IMG/VR virus record: IMGVR_UViG_3300024999_000029
Coordinates: 1 to 64,000 of that record
DNA length: 64,000 bases
Direction: 5' to 3' (one strand)
Positions within the stretch are counted from its first letter, which is position 1, and every line of letters starts with the position of its first letter. Shown in pieces: positions 54,899 to 64,000 of this stretch. The translations under genes and the position numbers were made by a program. Under the pieces are notes generated by a model, which did no database searches, was not told the DNA's origin, and saw only the letters and a program-made list of their open reading frames with translations.

Positions 54899-55846
54899 TT
54901 ATATATATTCCTTAATATCTTTTCTTGTCTGATACTGATATTTTATATCTTTTCCAAATCTTTCATTGATTTGTTCATATTCTGCTTTTTCTAAATCTCT
55001 ACCTAGTTTAGCTTTTAATTCTTTTGCCATTTGAATCATTCCACTAATCCATATATTTCTAGGATTCAAATGAGGATTTTTATAATCTTCAGCTATTCTT
55101 TTTATCCTATGGTTTATTACTATAGGGTTAAGCTTCCCATTATTATCTCCATGTATTGTTGGTCTAACAACATAACCAGTATCATGTATAGGCATATATT
55201 CTCTCCTGCTAGACGTTCCCTTGCCGTTATTTGGATAATATATATCTATATCTAGCGCATCTTTTATTATTTTAATAGTATTGTCTTTTACTTCTAAGAT
55301 GCGTTCTGTACCATCATCTCTTGTTAACATTAATAAATTTCCATCAACATCTGTTTCTTTTAAATTTACTAATTCCTCAAAATGTACTCCACTCACTCCT
55401 TCAAACAATAATGCTATTAAAACTTTATCTTGTGGATTTTTGCAAATGTTTAATATTTTATTTAATTCTTCTTCATCTTTTATAAATCTTTTTCTTTTTG
55501 CAATTTGATTTACATATCTGTCCATATTGTTGGAATTATACTTATCAAATAAATTAATCTTTGTGTCTAAATATCCATGTTGTATGCAGAAAGCTACGTA
55601 TTTTTTCAAATAACTTCTTTGAGAATTGGCTGAATTTGTAGAGCCTAATTCCAATTGATTCATTAGCATTGCAACTTCATCATTATTAAATTCATAAATG
55701 TCTTTATTTAATTGACTCTCCATACTATAAGTTTTTTCAAATAAATACCTTACCATCTTTTGAGTGCTTTTAGCATAGTTTAATGTAGTAAATCTTTCTT
55801 TTAATTCTTTATTATACTTTAACTTTTCTTTTAAATTAATACTCAT
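54899..55846 (-). CDS. Tyrosine-recombinase-fold protein lacking catalytic residues (SPbeta MrpR/YopR-like repressor candidate)
   Basis: SAM-like N-domain; LLFEGVSGVHFEELVNLK lacks the catalytic Arg; PRNIWISG replaces HxxR; no LGH. Confidence 0.7.
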   Translation of the reverse strand: MSINLKEKLKYNKELKERFTTLNYAKSTQKMVRYLFEKTYSMESQLNKDIYEFNNDEVAMLMNQLELGSTNSANSQRSYLKKYVAFCIQHGYLDTKINLFDKYNSNNMDRYVNQIAKRKRFIKDEEELNKILNICKNPQDKVLIALLFEGVSGVHFEELVNLKETDVDGNLLMLTRDDGTERILEVKDNTIKIIKDALDIDIYYPNNGKGTSSRREYMPIHDTGYVVRPTIHGDNNGKLNPIVINHRIKRIAEDYKNPHLNPRNIWISGMIQMAKELKAKLGRDLEKAEYEQINERFGKDIKYQYQTRKDIKEYI

Positions 55847-55862
55847 TATTTTTTACCTCCTA

Positions 55863-57164
55863 TTATATTGCTTTAAAAAAATCAGATATATTTTTAATAT
55901 CTTTTGGCTTCAACTCTTTTTTAGTAATTCCTTTTCCTTTAAGTGTTTCTGCGTCTATCTTTTCAATTTCATCTATTTTATTTTTTAATTTATCTCTCCA
56001 GTTTGAATCTCCTTGAAACTTAGCGAATATAGCTATATATCCTATAAACATATTTTGTTTATTCATAATACTATTATCTTGAAACTTTTTTATATTATCC
56101 CTAAACACATCTGGCTTTAAATATATTAAATAGTCAAAACATTTATTCAACCAATCTGCTATAATGTCTGCTTCCGCTCTACCAGAATATTTGAAATTAC
56201 TTTGAATTGCCTTAGTAATGATTTTGTTTTCTACTAACGCTCTTCCTGTGTCGATTAATATTTTATCAGATACAATTTTACCCTTCATATCACTATTATC
56301 ATTAATGCTTTTAATTATCATATTTTCAAGAGAATCAGTATTCATCTCCGCCTTATCATCCTCGGACATATCATTTCGTTTAAATGACTGATATATTAGT
56401 TTTTTTGCTTTCTTTTCATTATACCTAGTAATATTTACACCAAACTTATACTTTAGGTTTGGATTAATTTCTAATGCAGTTAAAATACCTACAGACCTAT
56501 TATATCCATCTACGATATTTAATTTACCAGAAATTATTTTTAACATTTTGTTTTTATCATTATATCTCCATTCATCAGTGCCATCTACTAATAAATTAAG
56601 AGATAAGTTGTCATTTGCTATAAACGTACCATTTAATAATTCTTCACTGATTTCTTTATATGATTTCGGGTTAGGCTTAATTTCTTCAAATATTAATCCA
56701 TTTCTTTCAATTTGATGCATTTTTCTTTGTGTTTCAGGATTATATATTATAACCATACGATTATATAAATCTGCAATTTCTTGTACAGTTAACTTCACAT
56801 GATAATGATTGTCGTTCATTTCTTCTGCATCTTTAAAAATTATTGGGTATTTATCTACTTTTTCTAAATTTTCATAATAATCTACTGATTCAGCTTTTTC
56901 TGAATCTAAAAAATAATTATCTGGATTTACGCACTCTTCTTCTGTAGTCATATATACAGCATCAGTAAAATGATATAATAATTTTGCTTTTAGAGTTCCA
57001 AGAGGAATGTTGTTATTTAATATACCTATTACATTACCTTCAATAACCCTTTCGCTCAAAAGCTCTACGATTTTTCCCCTAATATCCTTATTTTTATTGT
57101 ATTTTTCAATTAGATAATACAATTCTCTTTCCAGCTCATATCTCTCTTTTTTCATCTTGGTCAC
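55863..57164 (-). CDS. DGQHR/DndB-like (ParB-superfamily) protein, SPbeta YopQ-like
   Basis: YNPETQR, NIVDGYNR motif; directly upstream of the recombinase-fold gene. Confidence 0.65.
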   Translation of the reverse strand: MTKMKKERYELERELYYLIEKYNKNKDIRGKIVELLSERVIEGNVIGILNNNIPLGTLKAKLLYHFTDAVYMTTEEECVNPDNYFLDSEKAESVDYYENLEKVDKYPIIFKDAEEMNDNHYHVKLTVQEIADLYNRMVIIYNPETQRKMHQIERNGLIFEEIKPNPKSYKEISEELLNGTFIANDNLSLNLLVDGTDEWRYNDKNKMLKIISGKLNIVDGYNRSVGILTALEINPNLKYKFGVNITRYNEKKAKKLIYQSFKRNDMSEDDKAEMNTDSLENMIIKSINDNSDMKGKIVSDKILIDTGRALVENKIITKAIQSNFKYSGRAEADIIADWLNKCFDYLIYLKPDVFRDNIKKFQDNSIMNKQNMFIGYIAIFAKFQGDSNWRDKLKNKIDEIEKIDAETLKGKGITKKELKPKDIKNISDFFKAI

Positions 57165-57197
57165 TCCCTGCTTTTATTTTTATATTTTTACTTTACT

Positions 57198-57226
57198 AAT
57201 CTATCATATTATACACAATTTGTCAA
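57198..57226 (-). promoter_or_regulatory. SigA-type promoter for the regulatory pair
   Basis: TTGACA-17 nt-TAGATT. Confidence 0.6.
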
Positions 57227-57405
57227 CACTTTATACCTGTTAATTTTATTTTTTAGTTCATGTTAACTTATTGTATACAATAACATCCTCTTATGTGCAT
57301 CATCATCGTGTTTTTATTATGTTTTCATATTAATATCTTACCATGATATTATATGTCTTGTCAACGTTTTTTATGTTATTATTTTATATTTAACTTTATT
57401 ATATT

Positions 57406-57427
57406 AAAAAGAGGCTTCAAAGCCTCT
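57406..57427 (-). terminator. Intrinsic terminator after SASP gene
   Basis: GAGGCT-TTGA-AGCCTC followed by a T run. Confidence 0.75.
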
Positions 57428-57434
57428 CAATATA

Positions 57435-57605
57435 TTACTTATTCATATTTTCCTTTGCAAACTCTATCATTCTTTTAACCATTTGTCCACCTATCTTACC
57501 AACTTCTCTAGCCGTAATATCTCCATTATAACCATCTTTTAAGTGTACTCCAACTTCACTAGCGACTTCATACTTTAGTGAATCTAATGCCTTTTTACTA
57601 GCCAT
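57435..57605 (-). CDS. Alpha/beta-type small acid-soluble spore protein
   Basis: ALDSLKYEVASEVG, ITAREVGKIGGQMVKRMIE; GGAGG RBS before ATG 57605. Confidence 0.92.
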   Translation of the reverse strand: MASKKALDSLKYEVASEVGVHLKDGYNGDITAREVGKIGGQMVKRMIEFAKENMNK

Positions 57606-57642
57606 ATGACACACCTCCATATTTTATTTTTTGATGTTTAGA

Positions 57643-57672
57643 TAGTATTTGCGATTTTTATAAAATAAATAC
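57643..57672 (-). promoter_or_regulatory. Possible SigG-type forespore promoter
   Basis: GTATT-18 nt-AATACTA versus consensus GYATA...CATACTA. Confidence 0.45.
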
Positions 57673-58674
57673 AGGGATAAAATTAGAAGATGTAATCTAA
57701 CCATCTTCTAATACTTCATCTCCTTTAAAATAAGGCTCTATTATATCTGTAATTTCTAAGACTTCAAAATCTTCGTTTTCAATCATTGTTGGATATTTAT
57801 TTTTTACAATATTTATTGCCTTAATCCTGTTTTCAGCATATGATACTAATATATTAAATCTTGGCTTTTTAAAACATATTACATATTTCAATTATTTATC
57901 ACATCCCTCCATCTAACACATTTTTCTGAATAAAGTTAATAAAGTTTTCTTTTGATTGTTTTGGATCATTTGGATTAATTGCCTCACATAATTCGTGCCA
58001 AATTATCTGTTTTTTAGATATATTTGATGCGAATTCTATCAAATTGTTTTTTGCCTCCATAGGATTTTCTGTGTTTAATATTGAAACTAAGCTCCACCAT
58101 GAAAAATACAGTCTGTGAGGGTTATCTAACGTGGCTTGTAGTGTGTTGATTTGTGCGTTTAACTGATTCATAAACAAAAACCTCCAAAACTTTATTAGTA
58201 TATGTTGATTATATGTCATAATTAATCATATTAAGTCATATTCTGTTCAAGCGGTATATTTTTGATTGTGAAAATATTAAAAATTGTCGTTTGCATCAAA
58301 AAACGTGCAACATGCAACAAATGCAATATATAAAATAATGTCGAATAATGTAGTTTGTGTAATCTGCAATTGTTTTATATTTTCATTTATTCGTGCAAAT
58401 CGTTATTTAAAACCACTAATCCCTCACCATGTAATTTAGCATCTGCTATTTGCTTTTCTAATACTTCAACATAACTAACACCTTTATTGATCCTTCTGTG
58501 TAGTGCATTTTCCACGTAAGGTTGCATTATTAGTAGTTCTTCATTATCTTTTATATGTTAATTGATTCAATATTGATATCTCTTGCTGCCATCTACTATT
58601 TGCAAATTCTAATTTAGTCATTTATTTTGCACCTCGCTTTTATATTATATTTTAGTTTTAATAAATTCGTTATT

Positions 58675-61600
58675 TCAACACAATTCTTTAAAACATTCTT
58701 TAAAAGTATCATTAGAAATTTCTATCCATCCTAATTTATCAGATTCAAGTCTTACTTCTCCGCCAAGGAATCTATAATTTTTATCTTCGGGAGTATGCCA
58801 TATGGTATTTTCTTTTATATTACTTCGTTTTTCAGTTTCAAAACCATCTTCATCATAAATTGGTACTACATATGCCTTTATGCACTTATATTCACTCATG
58901 TTTCATATTTCCTTTCTATTCCCATTTTAACTTTTGCCCACACTCACAAATGTTTAATCCTTGCCAATGTTTATAATATCCATCTCCTATACTTTCACTT
59001 AATTCTGCTCTACACGATGAACATAGAGCGGGACTCCATGGCTTTATTATTGGATTAGTTGGCATTTGTTTATTCAATGCCTCAATGGCTAAATCAATAT
59101 GCTCTGAAGTTCCATAATAACCACCATGTTCGTCAATAGCTTCCTTTTCACTTTTTAGTTTTTCTATAGCTTCCATAATATCCATATTGGTTTCCTTTCA
59201 ACATAAAATCTATTTTTTGTTTAATTTATCTCTGTAATTTATAAAATCTTTTGAATTAACCAACTTGCTATATTCTTCATTATTCATTTCAAGCCAATTC
59301 TGCAAAGTCATTCCTGTGAATCTAATATGCCATGTCAATATTTTAAATTTTATATCATCATTCATAAAATCACTCCTTCTGAACCTTGTATCTCTTGGTG
59401 CTGTAGGGCTTAAATCACGACAAAATACTGGTTTCATCGTGTTTTGTCATACATGAAATAACCTCTAACTGCCTTTTTAAGTTTACTTTTAATATTAATA
59501 TCTTCATTTCTTTCCTCTAAATATAAAACTCGGAAATTACTTAATTTTGTTAAGTCCAATATTTCATATATTTCTTTTTCAAAATCTTCTAATATTATAT
59601 CTAATTTATTTTTGAAATCTTCAAACGTATTAAATCCAAATATAAAATCATTAAAACCGCCCGACTTATCATAAAAGTTAAATCCAAATAATAAATATCT
59701 AAATTCAGTATTCATATAACTGCCTCCCTCTTGTTAAAATGTTGGTTTTACTTTAATTTTTCTAACGTAATTGCTTCCTCTTTTAATCTTTTTACAGTTG
59801 ATTCATAGCTCCCAATTAAAAATTTAAGTGTACTCAATCTGTCTATAATAGCCTCATTTTTGGTTTTATGATAACCTGAAATATCTTTCTCTGTGTCTAT
59901 TTCTTTTTCCCGTATTTCACCATCATCAGTTATCTGAAAATATAACATTTTTCTCCCCTTTTTTAAATGTTGGATTTATCGTTTAATAATATTTATCTTT
60001 AATCTTTTGCATAAGTGGTAAATAATCTTCTTTCATGTTCTTAGTGAACTGTAATAAATCTATAATAGTCATCTCTGGTTTTAAATAACCGAGTTTTAAA
60101 TTATGATTTATAAATTCTTCCAATTGTTCAATATTTTCTATAGGTTTTTTCATACTTATAATACCCTCCTCTCGATCAAACGTTAGATTTATTCAATTAT
60201 TAGTTATCTTTAAATACATCTTTTATTTTTCTATGGTAATCATCCAAAATTCTTTCTTGTTTTTTAGTTAATTGGTCTTTAGGTATTTTTTCAAGTTTTA
60301 TCAAATCGTTTAAAGTATACACGCCTCTTAATTTTCTTATTATAAATTTAAATAGCTTACTTATATATTTAATAATTGATATAAATACCTTTTTGATATA
60401 ATCAACTAGTAATCCAATAATTACACCAACCACTAATAAAATAATATCATCTATATTTCTACTAAAAAAATCTATAATAAACATTTCAACCTCACTAAAT
60501 AAATTATATGAAATCCCATTTCATAGTAATATTAAATCATATTACATATGTCTTCTTCTGATTCAACAATTGGCTTTACTGATTCCCATGCTTTTAACAT
60601 AGCTTCTTTAATTTCTTCAACTGAAACAAATTCTAAATATTTTTTAACTGTATATTTATTTCTACCTGCCGTATCTAATATTCTATACTCATAATCATCA
60701 CCATGAGTGATATATTGAATATTTCTTTTTCTCTTTGGTAATAGCCCTATACTGGTTATTCTAAAATTGTTTGTATAATCGCTAAACCTTATATTTATAA
60801 AAATTTTATCGCCATTTTCTCTTTTAATTTCATGATCGTAATCTTTATACATATTAACCTCCATTGCCTCAATTTTACCATAATAATACTTTCAATCAAA
60901 TAGATTATTCATTTAAAGTTTTTCCATTCTTACAGTTCCACACTTAGGACAGGAATATAAACCTACCTCTGTTATACAACTGTTATAACCATTATCCCTA
61001 TCTACAACAAAACTACCTTTAATCCTTTCAAAATTTTCACTATTTTTATCATTATCGGAATCATATTCATCGTCCCAATAATAATTCTTTTTATACCCAC
61101 ATACACATTTCAAAACACTTAGCCCCCTTCTGTTATCTGTTATAATTAAATATTATTTTTTATTTTATTCATATCCATAAGCTTCCCATCCATCTTTCTG
61201 ATGAAAGTTAATCCACATTACATATGCTGGCTCATCATCACCTGTTAATCTAATTCCATTAATGCTTTCTTCGTCTTTATCATACATATCAGATTCTTCG
61301 GCAGTTAGCATATGTAGAGGCATATAACTATAAACATCATCTACTATATACCATTTTTTATAATTATTAGAAACTACAAGTATTGGTTTATTTAAATATT
61401 TATTTTTTATATCTTGTTTTGAAAGTTTAATTAATATATTCATAAAGTCCTCCATCATCTGTTACCTCAACATACTATTATTGATTTCAATCCCATCTCA
61501 AATTCTCTACATCTTGAAGTGGACGTGCTATTAATTTATAAACATCTTCTATAATTTCTATTTTAGACATTGTATCTATATTGATTATATCTAAAAATTT

Positions 61601-63905
61601 TACCTCTGCTAAATTAATTATAAATGGACTAAATGTAAAAACATTAATATCTTTATTACAATTATCTTTTAATAACTCTACTTGTTTAGCGGGGTGAAAC
61701 CTATCCCAATTTTCCATATTATTATTTGGCACATAGTATACGTTTAAAGAAGTGTATATTTTCATAATTAATTCCTCCATATTTTATTTCTTGATCCTCA
61801 ACCCATTTTATTATATATCATTATAATTTACGTCACTAAAACGTGATTGGTGACGTAAACTTGAATCTGTTATACTAAAAATCATACTGGAGTCCAAACA
61901 TATCCATCGTCATCTGTTACTTCTACTAAAACTTCTCCTAGCTCATCAATATTTCCCCAGCAAGCGAATGCTCTTGTTATATGCATATCTACATCTTGCT
62001 GACTACATTCTTCATTATAAACCTCTTCACCATTTAAAAATCCTTCGACTCTTGCCAATTTTATCAACCCCTTTTTACTATCTGTTTTCATTTTTTAAAT
62101 GCTATTATTATATCTTTGTTTTCAAATTCTGATTTGTTAAAAAGTTCATTAATTATATTAATAATATCAGTTACTAATTGATTATTTAAATCATCCATCA
62201 TATTACTCCTTGCAATTATATTTGAGTTCTGTTATACCATAAAACACATCATTTATATTAACACGCTAGTGCCATCCTAGATATCCCTAATGCCATTAAT
62301 ATATGCTCAACTACCACATTGACAGACTTAGGATTATAATTTGAAAAATCTAGTACATACTCACCAATTGCATACTGTTTTCCTGATACTTCGTTCATGT
62401 TGCTGATTTGTTTTAAATCCTTATGTGATACTTTAATCTTTATTAAATCAGATAAAAATATTGCATCTTTCTTAACATTAGCTCCCACTTTAACTGGAGG
62501 CTTAAATTGTCTAAGAGTTAAATATCCATCAAATGTATTACTAGTGGCAATATCTCCATATCCAAAATAAATTATATTATCTTTAATCATTTTATATCTC
62601 CTCTCTGTTATCTTAATAAATCAAGTCTTTCATTTATTTAACTGCTTTTCTAAAAAATTTACAGTCATATTATAATAGCCAGATGGCTCAGTATATTGCA
62701 TACAGTCATAATCATTCTGTAATTCTGCATATTCGAGAGTATTAGCTATATTTAAATCTGTCAGTATTTTTTCTATCTTCCCATTTAATACCAACATTTT
62801 CCCTCCAGTGTTTTCACGTTGTTTTAAAAGTTTTAGTAACTCTTTAGGTATTTTATTCTTCATAGTCTCACCTCTTTCTGTTATACCATAAAATAGTTCT
62901 TTTGTTTTATTTTGCTAATAATTTATCCACTTTTTTATCAAAAGCAGCGTTCATTTCCTCTCTTAGCTTTATTTTATATGTTGCTTTTATCTCATCTACT
63001 ATTTCTTTAAATGCATCTTGAATCATTTCTTCGACATCACTGGGATCAAACAAATATGTATCGCTTCTTTCTAAATCATCCCTAAATTGTTCTATTATTA
63101 TTTCTTTAAAAGCTTGTTTTAGTTCTACCTCATCTTCCGAATTAAATATCTTAGCAATATTTTTCATAACATTCTCCTTTATTATATTTTAGTTATGTCA
63201 TATTTCAAGCAAACAGTTCTTTCATATAGTTTTAAATAATAACCCATATTCGCTTAATTTTATATATTCTTTTGATATTATCTTTTCATTTTCTTTAATG
63301 ACCTTATAAAAACATTCGTTAAATATATCTCTATCTTCTAACCATGTTTTAAAATGCTTTACAGCAGTCATTCTTTCTGATTCTGGATACTCTGCTCCTA
63401 AATCTGTTATATGAGTATCTGCTTCGAGAACATAATAAATTTCTTTCCCTAAATTATCGTGTTGTTCCGTATTCATTTTCACAATTTCATCTAGCATACC
63501 AAAATCTGGATCACCTAATTCAATTCTCAATTCTTCTAATCCTTTTGCTTCTGTCATACTTATGCCACCTAATAAAGTTAATATTAATTCTTCCTCTTTT
63601 GTGTTATATGTCTTCCACATTGGACTTAAAACTCTTGTAAATCTATTCAATAGATTCTCGGTAGACAATTCAGCAAACATTCCAGAGTCAGATAAGAAAC
63701 AATATAACTGACTTACCCAACGATAAACATCATTTGTTTCCACGTATTGGGCTTCACTTCCAACATATTTTGCTATCATATACTTTAATATTTCAATCCT
63801 ATTCAACTCTATTTTATTAGCTTCTAAATAATCTGAAAACCAATTTTTAGAGAAAAGAATTATTTGCTTATCAAGTTCTGTTATCTCATGTCTATTTTTA
63901 TACAT
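58675..63905 (-). other. Array of small hypothetical accessory ORFs (similar arrays at 23.8-27.4, 34-37, 39.6-42.5 and 47-53.9 kb)
   Basis: Co-oriented 60-230 aa ORFs, most with their own RBS, many delimited by the 7-6-7 site. Confidence 0.7.
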
Positions 63906-64000
63906 ATCCGACCTCCTGTTATATTATTTTTTTGGTTAAAAATAACCTTTTATTTTGAATTACATTTAATACATTTAATAGGTAAATCTGTTTTAAATCT

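Larger units (their letters stand above)
18826..59411. repeat. Dispersed ~25-bp site CC(C/T)TA-N6-7-YAAGGGTT(T/A)CA (6 copies)
   Basis: 18826, 19847, 36689, 51942 (+); 25327, 59387 (-). Confidence 0.7.
115..63954. repeat. Dispersed 20-bp palindromic gene-boundary site nWTRAAA-N6-TTTYATN (48 copies located)
   Basis: Examples: 1018 TTTAAAA-CAACGG-TTTTATT; 34516 TATGAAA-CCGAGA-TTTTATT; 49741 AATAAAC-GAGAGA-GTTTATT; 51980 TATAAAA-CTGTGA-TTTTATG. Confidence 0.85.

Noticed and set aside
54899-55846. Active phage integrase
   Set aside because: Catalytic Arg, HxxR and LGH motifs are not recognisable
58385-58620. Possible frameshifted small gene (MTKLEFANSRWQQ... / ...IKDNEELLIMQPYVENAL...)
   Set aside because: No homologue evidence available and no clear slippery site; may be chance open frames
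2379-59456. Most plus-strand ORFs in the track (e.g. 2379, 4337, 10141, 13936, 29586, 37352)
   Set aside because: They are antisense shadows of well-supported minus-strand genes or RNAs, with no RBS or recognisable motifs; only 54226-54864 is convincing

Overview
AT-rich segment of a large temperate phage or prophage of a spore-forming Firmicute (probably Clostridia), organised like SPbeta-type phages, with almost every gene on the minus strand. It holds: a replication block (SSB-like protein, AAA ATPase, DnaB-like helicase, primase, PD-(D/E)XK nuclease, DnaE, RecD2-like helicase; 4.8-17.9 kb); an orphan DNA methyltransferase; a radical SAM/SPASM operon with four proteins sharing an N-terminal MK(I/F)RxDFVTNSSSSS motif; an IS200/IS605 element with intact tnpB but truncated tnpA; one canonical tRNA-Cys within a cluster of tRNA-like and other structured RNAs; peptide deformylase, Thg1-like polymerase, NAD-dependent ligase, an ATP-grasp/lipoprotein pair, three HNH endonucleases and a SASP; and a lysogeny-control module (LexA/CI-like repressor, catalytically degenerate tyrosine-recombinase-fold protein, DGQHR/DndB-like protein). 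The most striking unexplained signal is a 20-bp 7-6-7 palindrome (nWTRAAA-N6-TTTYATN). I located 48 copies by eye at boundaries of the small accessory genes and RNA genes, and 22 of them contain the upstream stop codon at a fixed position. I saw none at the core replication-gene junctions. This resembles an integron-like cassette array. All calls come from reading the sequence; no database searches were run.
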